Assembly (NCBI GenBank): GCA_903813345.2 | Contig: CAIIXF020000001.1 | Coordinates: 4,588,001-4,652,000, forward strand | Length of the DNA stretch: 64,000 nucleotides | Reading direction: 5' to 3' | Origin: Owenia fusiformis | Lineage: Eukaryota | Shown: piece by piece, positions 28,517 to 42,812 of the stretch | Layout: the number at the start of each line of letters is the position of its first letter | Position numbering within the stretch: position 1 is the stretch's first letter | Notes under the pieces: model-generated | Told to the model about the DNA's origin: nothing | Seen by the model: the letters and a program-made list of their open reading frames with translations, nothing else | Databases searched by the model: none | Program-made: the position numbers and the translations under genes

Positions 28517-31500
28517 ATGGAATCAAATAATACAACGATCGCTCCTACTGAGAGTCCAGTGGTTCACTATCAAGTAAGTAGCCTTCAATGAATATCAAAA
28601 TCAAAAATTATTCTGTGTTCTGTCATTCGGAAATAAAATTCATTCAGATCTGATTTATGCTCACGATTACTAATCTGTCAGACTCCTCTTCCGACTACTT
28701 CTGAGCTAACACATTTTTCAGAGAGTAATGTTATTTTGTTGTTCACATAAAAAGTGATTCGAATATACCATATCAGTGACGTTGGACTAGACCTGTGTTT
28801 CTAGAATTTGAAAGATGAGTAGCTAACGATTGGGAGTATTACTAAGGGAGATCCGTCGTACTTCGACGTATAGGGTTACTTCGTCATGGGGCTACTTCGA
28901 CCATGGGGTTCACAGACACGGAAACAAGAGTTCATCCCTCCCACTCACTATTAGATCTAGATCTACTTAGAAAAAACTTTTTTTTACATTATACAGTGAC
29001 TGGGGGGGGGATTTAAATTTTTTTCCTGGGCCTGGGATGGGGTTATTTTGACCATTGCTGATAATTCAGATTTCCAGGGCTCGGCCATTTGGATTAGATC
29101 TCGTCTGTTGGAAATTTCGATTTATTTTTGGAATTTACAAAAAACAAACATGGCGGTCTACGTGAATCAGAAATATAAGCTAATGTCGAAATAGCCCCAT
29201 GGTCGAAATAGCCCCATGACGAAGTAGCCCCATATGTCGAAGTTTGACGGATCTCCCCTACCTTCTAGAGGATAAAAAACACATTTCAATGAAACCCTTT
29301 CACCTATGTTGCATCAACCATTGAGCAGTTAGCACAGTATCTAAGAGGTAAAACATGAACCATGAAAATGAATGATTTTCTTGTGAGTTCCTGAAGTTTC
29401 AATACGAAATATCATGTATACATCATCGGCGTATAATTAGATCACATGATTTTGTTTTATTGGGCGCTTCCAAATTGGTTATGGCAGGAGGAAGAAGGAG
29501 GTATGGATTCTGGACACCTGCTTAGGAGGATGTCCCATCGTTAGCTAACTCTTATTTTTCAAATTCTTCTGATGTAGTCAGGCCATTAAAAAGTGGTAAT
29601 CTGTATCGACAGACTGACTAGAAGTCATGAATAGTTTCATTCCAAATTTCAAAATAATTTCAGACTATAGGATATAGTCTAGCCATCGGACCATAGATCT
29701 ATAGGGTGGATTTTCCCAGATCTGATCTGATATTTACAGAATACAACTACAAGAGGGAGGGTGACTTACTCCCCATGAACTGAGTGGCCATGGCCTGTGC
29801 ATCTGGGGTGTCCAGGGTATGCTATTGCTTCCCTGGGAATTTTTTTTTGAAGATGTTAACTGGTGCAATCTGAGCTTTTTTAAGAAATCGTAAATTTTGA
29901 TTTTATTTTGTTTCAGAAGTACCTTGTGGGATGTGGATTGGCTATAGGAGGAAACCTACTTATAAGTTTGTCCTTAAATGTTCAGGTGAGAAGAATACAC
30001 TTCTACATTTATCATAGTTATAAAAATCAAGGAGGGATTTGGGGTTCAATTAAATATTAAGGCACATACTAACTCCTAAAAGTTGATAAGGCTAAAAACA
30101 TCAATTATCGGTGTGATCAATTGCTCATTTTTATATCAATTGCATTGTGTCACTCAGAGATTTTTTAGATTATTGAAGTCATTAAGAGTCTTGAAACGGT
30201 TTAGACTTGCAAAGTGTTCTTTCACTTTTCTCTTGAATTTTCCTGAATAAATTTACATAACATTCTGCATATAACCAACTTCTGCTATACCTTGATTTGC
30301 TGTTATCTACACTAAAACTTGCATATAGTGAACACTAGCCACAAAAAGTGTTCTCTGAAGGTGCTCACAACAGAAACTCTTATACAGGAGTCAATGAAGA
30401 ATGTGTCTTGAAGTGGTGTTCATTTAAAGATGTCAATTTAAGAGTAAAAAAGGCTCCAAAACTTAATAAAATATGTAGTTTGGATGTTCATTTATGTCTG
30501 GGGATGATATTTTATACCACAAACACTTATAGATACCTGAAATTTGCAATAAAAGTGCCCAAAAATTGTTGTTTCGAAATTCCCCATTTTTCCTGTATCG
30601 CGCTAGTCACGTGACCATTACGCGTAGTAGGCAATTACAGATATTACAGTACATATTTCAACATGTTCAATATGGCAAACATCAGCGATTCTGATTCCCG
30701 GGTTCTGAGAAATGGCTATTATAAATCGGCGAGAGGGTGTAATTTGACTGGGGAAAATACAGGGGAAAATGTGTCCAAGTATACCAGTAAGAGAGCAAAT
30801 ATGGATACTTTAGACAAGTACTATGACGGTCGGAGAATCAACTAAAAATCGGTGAGTTCTGGAATGAAGACCCGAGGAGACTGAGGATCCCACCGATCCA
30901 TTCCTATTACCCAGTTTGAATTTTTGACGCGGAAATCAGGTTATGAAAACAGGTTTTCTGCAAAGTTATCAACTTTAGAAAATATGGATCTTGTTTTTGA
31001 GTAAGGCTTAACAAGCATTTAGATACAAGACTTGGCTATCTCTTGTCAAATACACGCAGACTTGCTGTAAATTGGCCATTGCAAATTGCAAAATCAGATC
31101 GTCAAATTAATCGCTTCGTATTTAAACGTATGCTTCATATCTTCATCCAAAACTTTAGTATTCATTAGAGATAAGTTATAACTTGTACAGGAAGAAATGG
31201 CAGATCCTACCTTAATTTAGAATCGCTGATTTCTCTGGACAAATTCCGAGAAGAAATTGTTCAACATCGCGATCCGCTCAGACTACATGTCGTACGCGTG
31301 TACTTGTCACTCTGAACTCACGTGATAAAATACGGCATCTTGATTGGTTACTACTCACGTTCCCTCATGTTGTCATGACGCGAAAAGCAGTAGTAAGCAC
31401 TGAATATGTTAATGAACTGCCATATATGGAACAATTGTCTCTCTGATTGGTTAACTTTACACGCCTCCTAAATGAATATAGTAGTCGTAGTAAATGATTC

Positions 31501-34500
31501 ATTGATAACTATGAAAGTGGGCGTGACCAGCTTTATTTTGGCACCAAATTCAAGATGTTTCAAATCAAAATGGCCTCGCAAGACGAGGTTGAAATATCGG
31601 CAATTTGATACTGATATGGTCTACGATAGATCAAAATTGACTGCCCCGCGTCACATGTCACGTGAGCCTATATTTGTTGAAAAATGAAAGAGATAGTGAC
31701 ACTTTTTAATCATAAGTTAATACCAATATTACAAGCACGTATCTATTTTTTTCATTATATATTTATTTCTTCATTATACATACATTTGTTTTATACTACA
31801 TTGATTCATTTTTGCAAAACCTTTGCTATTAGATCTTTAACACAGGTGTTCACGACGTGTGTTCACTGAGGCAGATTTTACTGTAGCTATTATTTATTGT
31901 TTCAGAAATACTCTCATATGAGAAATGACCAAAGAATAGACCCCATTCACTACACTAAGGACCCGTTATGGTGGTTTGGCCTGATACTGATGACAGTTGG
32001 TGAAGTGGGCAACTTTGCAGCTTATGGCTTTGCCCCTGCTTCTCTTGTAGCCCCACTTGGGATGACTACTGTTGTAGGTAAGATATTTAAAGTAATTCCT
32101 TCGAACATTCCTACTCGCTTCAATATTCATATCAGTCAATCAGGCTGGGCCAGAAAAATGATCTTAGGATTATCAATAGAGTCAAAATGTATTTATTTTA
32201 CACAATGTCGTAAACGCTCATCACTCTGTCTTGTCTTGGACTTGATATTCAACATCAATTTATGTTGTTATTAATAGGCATTTATTGTTTGGACTTTCTT
32301 TCCCGTAGTCAAGGTGTAGAAAAGCGTATAGTATTTTCAGAGTACATGCTTAATTAAATGGGGGATTTCTTGTTTTGTTTCAGCAAACATGTTCATTGCA
32401 GTTATCATGCTGAAGGAAAAACTTAGACCTGAAGATATGTTTGGTAAGAATGTAAATTATAATATTTGAGAAAATGATGTGATGGAACATTTGTTTCACA
32501 CCATTGGTGGGATATTGCCATGATGTGATAGTGATGTAGTGACATTTCAAAGTTGGAATTATGATATTGTCATTCTTGTAATTTCAACCAAATCAAACAA
32601 TTGTGATGATGGTGTTGCGACGTGTCTGCTTTAGCTTGTCACGTGTTCAATGGGATTTGCTTTGCATTGGAATAGTCGCTATCTAGTATTTGATAAGAAG
32701 AATATTTTTATCATTTTTGTGCATAAAATAACGTAACATAATATTCAATGACATAAACAACATATAAATAAAAACACTTTTGTTGTTTTGTAGGTTGTAC
32801 CTTAGCCATTCTTGGAGCTTTTCTTATTGTGAACTTTTCTAAACGTACAGAAATCATCCTCTCTGGTCCAAAGATAGTTGAATTCTTAACACAGATAGCA
32901 TTCATAGTATACATGGTGAGTATTACATATTTCCCATCTTTTATATAAATAGGATTACAACATTAAAACATTTATATCAAAACACTTCAACTCTGAACAC
33001 CTCTCAATGTGAACACTTTTTGGTCCCATTTTTTTGTGTTTAAAAAACCTCAAAATGTGAACACTTGCCTATCCGAATGCTTTTGACTAGTCCCGGTGGT
33101 GTTCAGATTAGACATGTTTTCTTGCATAACAATTATTTGTCTTCTGCCTAAGCTGTACAAAGTTATTTTGAAAATAAGTGTTTTTTCAAGTGTGGGTAAT
33201 AAGTGGGTGTGGGTAATAAGTGTGGGTGATCCACATCCTATTAACAAAAGTTTACCAGCCTGACCTACGTGACCTTCAAGGGGACTGATCAAATTGGTCG
33301 GCAATGATATCTTTAAAGCATTCCTTTAGCATATGTAGAATGACGCTCACAAATATTATTTTATCTTCCTGTTGAAAATGCGGCCCAAATCTAAGAATTA
33401 TCTCTTAATTATATCGAAATTGTTGCCATTTCTAAGAAGCTTTTTCTTGATAAGTTAGATATGAATTCCATTCCTCAAGAGTCAATTCAAAATTGTCCCT
33501 GGCAGTCATGAAATAGATGTAGACATCTATATGTACATTTTTGAATAGTAACGCCATGGTTACATTTGATTGACAGCAACCGTACGGCGGCCGTAGCTTC
33601 CCAAAATCCCAAAATAGGGATAAGCAGCACAATGTAGATTTTTTATTTGAAGGCTTTAGTTGTTCAATATGCACAAATACATTTATAAAGCTATACATGT
33701 AGATGTACTAATTTCCTAGCATCAATATGGGTTGTGCTTACCCCTATGAAACAGGAATTGTTTCATCTCATAAGCATCTGCTGGGTCTTGGCTGACCTTG
33801 CCATTCTATATTGTAAGCCTTTTGCCATCTATTACCATAGTAACATAACTCTAAAGGTGACATATACTGACAATTAATATCTGATTCAATGAATACGAAA
33901 TGATCTTGACGAATATGATTGGAAATAACATGGTATTACCCTGTTCTATTATACATCAGATCTCAAAACCATTCACTTTGTATCCAGTTAGGCCAGTGTA
34001 AGTTAATTATCTTGTTTTCAATCTAAATCAGGTAGATAAAATATATTTATCCCATACTTTCATTTAAAGGGACAGTCATATCTGCTAGGGGCAGAATTGA
34101 TTCAGGCATCTCCTGCAAAAACATTTACAAAATTCACACATTATTAAAAAGATTATCCCCAAATGAAACCTATATACTTTTTATATACAAAATCAAATAA
34201 AACAAATGAAGATTTTGCACTTGGGCTTAATACTCTTTAGGCAATTTTTATAAATGACATCATTTGATTTATGTCATACAATAACTATGATTTTATTATA
34301 TTCCAGGTTGTTGAACTAATAATGTTGACAGGGCTACTAGTTTTGAAGTACAAGTACAAGAAAAACAATGTTATCCTTCTACTGCTAATTACCTCTTTAT
34401 TAGGTTCGTACATTTATATCATTAATTAGGGGTGATGTAATTATGAGTACTTCATGCTCTGCCATAACTGTGATTATTTTATTCATAGTTGACCAACTTG

Positions 34501-37500
34501 AAGAGCCAAATAAAGCGTAGGTAACAATACATATACATGTATTTACGTAATGGATAAACAATAAGTCTTGGTTATTAGGACAAATAGTATCAGAGATGGC
34601 GTATCATTACTTTTCTACATCCAGATTAGGCATGTTAGGATCAGGACGGTTTGTTGTTGCATAAGTTAGGCTGAAATTAATTTCCATTCATTCAAATGTC
34701 TCAGAACATTCATGAATATCGTAAATTATCCTAAAATGCTTTATATTCCCAGTACAGATAGAGCTGACACGTGACACCTCTAGTTTTAATGTTTAAAGGT
34801 TAATTCAACTCAGAAGGCCAATCCCAAACTTTATGTTTAACAGTATTGAGGTCTCCCTAAGTTCAGTGTCAAATAGAGGTCAAGGCCATATAAAAGGGTA
34901 AGGTTCTGTAAATGAGTATTTCATGAATTTAGTGTCCCTTTAAGGTATCTGAAGGCTGCATTAAGGTATGCCACTTGGTGATTCTCCATCCCTGAATGGG
35001 TAACCTGTGAGTTGTATTTAGTTAAGAAATACTATAATAAGGCATTGAAGGAAGTGGAAATAGATGTAAGAAATGGCACTTACAATTATACTGAGATCTG
35101 CTACTATTGGATCAATACATGAAAGGCTAATTGGAGTCAATAGATGCTGCTTGCTTGAATAATATGGCAGATTAAGTTAGAATTATGTCTGTCTTGTGTC
35201 AAATTCAGAATCGTTCGTTTCCAAGTGAACTGGCGATAAGACTAAGCTTCATTTGGAATGCAATTACAACCTTGTTGATTCATCACTTCAGGTTTATTAA
35301 ATGTAATGTTATAAAGCCTTTGATATAAGTGTATGATTCTCTACATTTTGCTTCAATATTGCAGCTGTGCTTGTGGTGTTATTACTTTAGGTGCTTTGTA
35401 TAGTAATGCATTACCCCCATGAGGGTGTATTCTGAAACTTACTTATCTATACCATTAATATAATTATAGATTTATCAGTACAATTGTCATTATTTGTTTT
35501 TCTAGAGGAACAATAAATAATGTTTTCCCTTGGGACTGCTTTGACATTTGTAGCAATGAATTATGTTGAATTTCCCCTTGGACTTATTGAAGTACTATAT
35601 TTTATTCTCATTTGTTTGAAAATCATATCATATTGCAGAAGTGTACTGTCTAGAATTTGATACAAACTGTCTGTTTTGGGCATGTGACAATTTTCACTTG
35701 ACAATGAGATGCAAAACCACACTTTTGAGGAAGGAAAAACAAATCCTAACCAGGACACGGTTTTCAAATAATAGGTTATCATATTCTAATTAATTATTGT
35801 TTGAATGTTTTACTAAGTAGAATGATGCCAAAAACACGAATCAATCACTAAATCCACCTCATTATCACAGAAGCTTAAAATGCGCCTTATCCAGATTTAT
35901 TGTAAGGGTTGTCAGGCATCTACACTTGCAACAGGTGAAAGACAGCAAACCAAATATGTTCTTCAGCATGTAATAATTCCACTGCATTCTACTTGAATTG
36001 TGTTCTATTTGCATTGCATTCTACATGTATTTGCATTGCATTGTATTTGCATTGCGTTCTCTTTGCATCACATTATATTTCCATTGTGTTCTGTTTGCAG
36101 CATCACTTACCGTTATATCTGCCAAAGCTGTTTCTGGGATGCTCCAGTTGACCTTTAGTGGTGTGATGCAACTTCAGTATGTCATATTTTGGGTCATGAT
36201 TGTCATCCTGGCTGTTACTGCAGTGGCACAACTAAAGTAAGTGACATATACTTAATGTTAATCCAGCATCACAACACTCTTTTCTCTCCATAAGGGATAC
36301 TGTTTAAATGTCAACAGTTGTGGAAGAATGAAATTCATTTCATTAGGGGGTGGGGGGGGGGGGGGTAAATGGCTATTTCATTAGTGAAGAATGTTGATTT
36401 TTGAAAGATTAAAGTGATCAACAAATCAACATTTTGAAATGCAGTTATACATATGGGAGGGAGACAGGTTAAACCATTTTGAAGCTAACTTCATTTTCTC
36501 CGTGCACTTTTTACTTAATACTCTGCAATTGTAGGTACCTGAACCAGGCTATCATGGCACATGATTCTACTGTGGTTGTCCCTACCAACTTTGTCTTCTT
36601 CACCATCAGTGCAATTATAGCAGGTAAATATCACTGGCTCTTGCTAGAACTTTCCATTTTAATGTATTTCTATTACTTAAGTTTTAAATGGGAGTTGAAT
36701 GTGAATATCGATGTCTCTGGAATGCAATGTATTTAATTCAATTACTGTGATCACCTTGCCCATTCCTGAGATGCCTTAAATGTCTTCTCTTGGCTCATAC
36801 AGGTTATAGGCACACAGTTTAAATGTTTATTAAATCTTCTATTTCAGGTATTATATTCTACAGAGAGCTGTGGGGATTACATGCCTTGAATGTCTTCATG
36901 TTTTTATTTGGGTGAGTAATTAATCTATTCTCAGACTAGGGTCATTTATTTTAACTCATGCCATCAGTATTAAGTGGTGAAAGGGTGATGTCCTATGATT
37001 CATAGTATGAGCTATTATAGCTTATTATACCAATTTGCCCATATCCAGCAGGCCTTGCATTTAAAGGCAGCAGGTGGCAAAATTAGCCACACGTGAACCA
37101 TTATCTGCTTGCCACTGCTGACAAATACACTATATATATATCGTGTATGGTGTTACTGTAAATTACATGTCTTTAACCTATGCCCATTCCAGTGAAAGGC
37201 AGATCCTTCTTGTTATAGAAATTAAAACTGAAATGTTTTATTCTTAGATACTACACCATCATCATCATATATAATGTTGTCCTCCTTTCTTAGATAAAAT
37301 CACATTGAGTAAGCAGCATCTGAAATGACTTTATTTTGAGTTGTAAAATGACCTGTATATCCTCCTATATCTAACTCAATTCAAATATATCACTTTTCAG
37401 GTGCTTTTTATGTTTCACTGGTGTATACTTCATCACAGCTGGCAAAGAGCCAACACCTCCTGTCTCTGAAGATGAACAGCCACTCACAGAGAAGAAACTT

Positions 37501-39580
37501 GTGCAACAGATACTTCCAAGTAAGACACATGTAGTTTATTCTTTTGTTATTGTTCATATAACTGGGTGATGATTCAACCTAGAATCTGCAATTATTTTGG
37601 TCTTCACTTAAGATGGAAATAAGCTGAACTAGATTAATGGTCAGTTTATTTTCATTAGAGATTATGTACATTTTTGATTTAATTTTATTGTATGCTGGGG
37701 TTTCATTAGCAGCAAGCAACAGGCGATTTTCACCAGTTGTTTTCACAAAATTGCCTGTTGTTTTTAGGGGCTTTTCAACTTTTCTATGTTAAATTTATGA
37801 TTTCCATTAATTTTGCTTGTTGTTTTCATTTATTTAGCCTGTTGTGAGAAATTCTAGTGAAACCCCTGGTATGTGAATCTTATTGAACTACATGTATGTT
37901 TTTAGTTATTTTCTTGTTCGTATGATGTTATTTTGTTATTAAATAACAGGGCATTATGAAATGCCTTTTCCATGTAGAATGTGTTGTAAGAAGCAACGAT
38001 GAGTTTTAATTTTAGACAAACATTTTATTTTATTTTTATTATTAAATTAATTTCATTTGTTGAAATGTTTAATTTTCTAGCAGAGAATGTTACACCAAGA
38101 AATCAACAATTAAAGCCATCGACTTTTGATAGGTTTAAGTGTAAGTCTGGTGGTGATGTTTTTGTGAACTCTCACGCAGGATTCTTGGTGTTTTTATACA
38201 GGGTGTCCATAAAGTCACTTTACAATTACAATACAAAGTCTGTTTAAATTGTAAATAGACTTTATGGGCACCCTGTATAACAATGCACAATAATATTCTA
38301 ACCTTTGGTTTTGTACCTTTGTATTTCTTGAAATTCATTTTGATTCAACATTAGATCATTGTGTCACATTTTGTTCTGGACTGGTCAACTTCTTGATTAA
38401 TATGCACTAACATAACTATTCACATTTAGTGGGGGGGGGGGGTAAAACTCCATGTTTTGTGAGGAGATATTGATTTTTTAAAGGGAAACAACTTTATTGA
38501 AGAAAAATCAATGATTATTCAGTACATTTTGAGAGGAGGAAGTCAATCTGAAATGTAATTCTGATTACCTTATAATCACATCTTAGTATTCTTTTCTTAA
38601 TCTTCTACACTGTATTAATAATCACACTAAAGGCGTCTATTAACACTTAGGGCGTCTATAAGAGTTTCATATGTAGGCATGGGCATAGTATATGGTAAAT
38701 CTAGGTAATATTAGTACTAACATAATACACTAGAGTGTTCAAATAAAAATAATTAATTCCCTTCTTAAAGGCAGTTTTCTTTACTACAGTATATAATGTA
38801 ATTCATATAACTCCATTTACAGCCCTAAAGTGTTGACTTTGTATATAACACGCACTGCATACATTCACACACATAATATTAACACAAAGTATCTGTCTGT
38901 TTTATTTATGATAACTCTTTTTTGGTCTTCAGATTTTAAGATATATTATCCTTAGACTTACATTATTAAAGATAATTGATTGTTTTTACATTTTCTTGGT
39001 TTGGGAGATTAACATGGTATTCCCTTTAAAGTCAATAATCTGATACAAAAGCCATCTGGAAATGCAAGATTGTATTATGCATCTTGCAGTTCTGGTATAT
39101 TTCATAGTTTAAAACCCAGTGCTAGATTCATATTCATATTTAGAAATGCATATTCAACAGTAATTTTGTACCATTTTGTTTTGTCTGTAATAGTATTGCA
39201 ATTGGCTGAATGTTCATATTCTATTGTATAGTACAACTGTTCATGTTTGTGGTTAGCCTTGTATGACATAACATATCTAGTGTAACACGTAACGATACTA
39301 CACGGGGCTGTAAAGCAAGCTTCACAAAGCAAGTGTATTTGCATATTAAGAGATGATCTGTTATTTCATTACAGCATGGTGGTTTTCTGATGTCAACCAG
39401 ATTGAAGTCCAGCCTAGAAGTTGCAGCGAACAGCAATACATGACACGGCCAATCATTCCACGTGAGGAGTCCAGTGGCACAGAGGACACAAGTTTTGATG
39501 ACACACCCAATATAAGTCATGACCCACCCAATGGGAAAGGTTCAATAAATTATGGTACAACTACAGAAACTGCAAAATGA
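28517..39580 (+). CDS. NIPAL2: NIPA-like protein (NIPAL2/NIPAL3 family, putative Mg2+ transporter), ~396 aa
   Basis: Exons 28517-28573, 29917-29985, 31906-32077, 32384-32443, 32794-32915, 34307-34403, 36101-36236, 36535-36623, 36848-36911, 37401-37519, 39375-39580 (1191 nt, in frame); motifs LAIGGNLLISLSLNVQKYSH, LWWFGLILMTVGEVGNFAAYGFAPASLVAPLG, YLNQA...STVVVPTNFVFFT. Possible extra exon 38081-38140. NIPAL2 vs NIPAL3 not resolvable. Confidence 0.88.
28845..29258. mobile_element. MITE with TIRs and subterminal repeats, TA flanks
   Basis: GGGAGATCCGTC / GACGGATCTCCC termini; repeated GGGGCTACTTCG-type motifs at the left and their complements CGAAATAGCCCCAT at the right. Confidence 0.8.
32978..33120. 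mobile_element. Degenerate pogo/Tigger-like MITE fragment
   Basis: Repeated (A)CCTC..AATGTGAACAC motifs and terminal TCTGAACAC / GTGTTCAGA inverted pair. Confidence 0.4.
37695..37868. mobile_element. 174-bp MITE, copy 1
   Basis: C(T/A)GGGGTTTCATTAG / CTAGTGAAACCCCTG TIRs; GTATG on both flanks; near-identical to 62665-62838. Confidence 0.85.
38199..38275. mobile_element. Tc1/mariner-type mini-MITE
   Basis: TA-CAGGGTGTCCATAAAGTC...GACTTTATGGGCACCCTG-TA. Confidence 0.8.
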
Positions 39581-41234
39581 AGCAATCAGTGAGGTATCAG
39601 TATGAATCATGGCCTACAAAGTATAAAAGGGCCATATTTTGAAGGCGCAGGTGCTTATTCAATCAGTTCATCACTCATTCAGAATGAAATGAGTACTAGA
39701 ATATTGGTCCTTATTGGACCACAGTTAGTTGCAATATGACAGAATAAAGAGGAAAATCAAAATTTTCTGTAAAAATATTTGAAAAGGTGATCTGATGAAG
39801 AATCTCTAAACAATGAATTTCTATTCATTGCATTTGAAATGCAAAAATATCACGTCTCTACTCATTTAACATTTTTGAATTATTATTCAAAAATAAAAAG
39901 GATCAATTATTGAGAATGTAAAGGTCAATTTTAGATGTAGGGATTTTCTTAAAGAAAATAAAGATATATCTAATCTCATGCTCTCAACTATATAATATTT
40001 ACATACAAGTTATACACTGGAAGGGATTGGATATAGGATATATCATAAGGAAAATACTGATATCAACTGTGGGAACCTTGGGAAGATATGATCGGTATTT
40101 TCTTCAGGGATATATCCAATAACTTTTCCAATTGGGGTATAACAAATTAATCCCATAATCACAAGTTGTATGAATAATCATTCTATATCCCTTCATTTAT
40201 TATACATAATAATAACTGTGTTCAGATTTACTATACGTATTATATACTAACATGTACTGAATATAAAACAGTTAATTTGTAACTACAGCATATGTTACGA
40301 TAGGCCAGGTTAGAAAATATCAGGATGATATTTAATATTCCAGTATTTGCCCCAGAGTTAAGAGAGGTTAAGAGATAATACATACATTTCTAATGGGATA
40401 AATCCCTTATCAAAACCCTCATATTTATTTACCTTATGTTTGTTGTATTTGTGGTGCATATATGTTTATAAAACAAGTATATTAATTGTGATGTGACCCA
40501 TTTACAATGGGTTTCCAAATGCAGTATTTCAATTCCAGCAATCGTTGCTTCCAAACATTAACTTTGAATAGCATAAGCTTTTGAAATTATGTACAGAAAG
40601 TAATGGGAAATGATTATGTAACCCCAACGAAACCTGTCTGCAAAATAAGTAAGATGGGGTTATGAGGTGCTTCTTTTGATGAGTTCAGTTTTTTAAACTA
40701 GATGATGTTCTTAGTAGTTTTTCCACTAAATACACTGTAGTTTAGTTAGGGCACATGTACATATCACCTACGGTATTTCAAATAAAGGTTTAGAGGTTTT
40801 GGAAAATAGTTAGCCATGACACAGATTGACAGCACATAAAAATATTATAAAATTGAAAAATCTTTGGAATTGGAGCGGACTCTCTTTAACTCTACATTTA
40901 AATATTCCCAATCGTATTTTTATATCTACCTCCATTTATTTCTTGAATTAAAGCATGTGTTCTATGATTTGCAGTGGATAATATTCTCAGAATATCACCA
41001 TATGGTATTTTCTTATATTACTTTACATACAAAACCCTATAGTGGTATATGTTCCCAATACTCTTTGTTATGTGGCATTCATATTTACACTGTATTATGT
41101 TTATCAATATCTGTGAGTTCATGTACACGTAAATATTATTTTTATTCCCTGTTATCCATGCACTCTCACAATTTTACATGCAATACATGTACAATCAAAT
41201 ATATTACTGATGGCATCAATGCATTCACAATGTA

Positions 41235-41431
41235 CATGGTGTCCCGAAAGTATGCCCCCTAGGGATTTGGTGTAAAATTTAAATTAATTTTGACTAAACA
41301 CTAAATTTTGAAATGCCTGTAATTTTTTCACATTTGAGAGTTGAACCATGATACTTGGCGAATCAATGTAACTTTGGATAATCTTTAAATGGTATATGTC
41401 TGCCTAGGGCCCATACTTTCGGGACACCCTG
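41235..41431. mobile_element. Tc1/mariner-type MITE (~200 bp)
   Basis: TA-CATGGTGTCCCGAAAGTATG...CATACTTTCGGGACACCCTG-TA. Confidence 0.8.
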
Positions 41432-41576
41432 TACATTGGGGATAGAAAATCAAATATTTTAATGAATCGAAAACTATGTGTGTCACTTTACATTTTAGAT
41501 AAACCATGGGCTTTCAGTGTCTCTTGAAGGTCCATGGATAAACCTACAATTGTGGAGTGAAAATCTTTGGAATATA

Positions 41577-41654
41577 CTGGGTTTCCAAAGTCTTTTTACA
41601 ATTACAATACACAAAACAGTCGGTATAGTGTTAAGAGACTTTTTGGCCACCCTG
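41577..41654. mobile_element. Tc1/mariner-type mini-MITE (diverged)
   Basis: TA-CTGGGTTTCCAAAGTC...TTACAATTACAATAC...GACTTTTTGGCCACCCTG-TA. Confidence 0.65.
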
Positions 41655-42230
41655 TATATATATGAAGTTACAGAAGGAATCTCATATATGTTAAGTAGTT
41701 GTTATGTTTATCATTGGCTCTAGAAAGCCCATGTTATGCTGTTATTATACAAAGATGAGACACTACCAACATTTATATAATGTATTTTACATGTTTGCAT
41801 GCTTTGTTGTATGTGTAATTGATAATTGAACAGAATCTCAATGTATTGATTATGTAAGCCTGGTACAATACCATTTTTTAGAAAATTTTCTTAACAAATT
41901 TCTCAGAGATCAGGTAGTATTTGTGATATTATCGTTACCGTGATGTTTGAATATACATGTACTATATTTTCCTGAAATAGTGCTCATAGGCATCTCTTAT
42001 GTGCGAAGTCATGCCAGGAATTAAATGTTTCTTGCATTCAGAAGCAAGGGTATTATAACAAGAAAATTTGGTATATGAAATAATGTTTAAATGTGATAAG
42101 TATTCATTTCCATGTGACTTTTATTAATGAGTGCATTATAAATTGTATATATTTTTTATTATATATCTTGTTATTAGGGTGCGTCTTAAGAAAACCAGGG
42201 CTAAAAAAATTAGCCGGGCCAGATGATATA

Positions 42231-42300
42231 CAGGGTGTCCATATTTTCTCTTGACAATTACAAAACAAAGTTGTAAAATAGAAACTTTAAGGACACCCTG
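42231..42300. mobile_element. Tc1/mariner-type mini-MITE
   Basis: TA-CAGGGTGTCC...ACAATTACAAAACAAAG...GGACACCCTG-TA. Confidence 0.75.
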
Positions 42301-42604
42301 TATAAGTAACTGGTTCTAAGGTTCATGGTCGTTGCTTATGTCGCATCTTGTATGCAGTGTCATTCTGTATTGAGTTTATCAATTGTTAAATTCTGTTCAC
42401 AAATGGTTCAAGGTGTCACCCCATAGGAAAGGATATTTATCATTGTGATATAAAATATGTAAAAAAGTTTTGTCGATACTCACAGCAGAACTTTGATTCA
42501 TGAACAGAAATAGAATTGTAAATTTTTCTGTATATTTAAGATAAAATGTCTCCGTATTCAGAAATACTGTAGTATTAGCAATACAGTTATTTTTCCCTCA
42601 AAGC

Positions 42605-42812
42605 ACATTGTATTTCCACTCAATATTAAGGACTTCTTATTCCAACTCATGGTAAATATTTTCCTCTAAGTACATTGTATTTCCACTCAATATTAAGGAC
42701 TTCTTATTCCAACTCATGGTAAATATTTTCCTCTAAGTACATTGTATTTCCACTCAATATTAAGGACTTTGTATTCCAACTCGTGGCAAATATTTTCATT
42801 GAAGTACATTGA
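42605..42812. repeat. 67-bp tandem repeat x3
   Basis: ACATTGTATTTCCACTCAATATTAAGGACTT... at 42605, 42672, 42739. Confidence 0.9.

Noticed and set aside
40864-41262. 132-aa ORF downstream of NIPAL
   Set aside because: TTG start, AT-rich UTR-like composition, ends inside a MITE, no recognisable motif.
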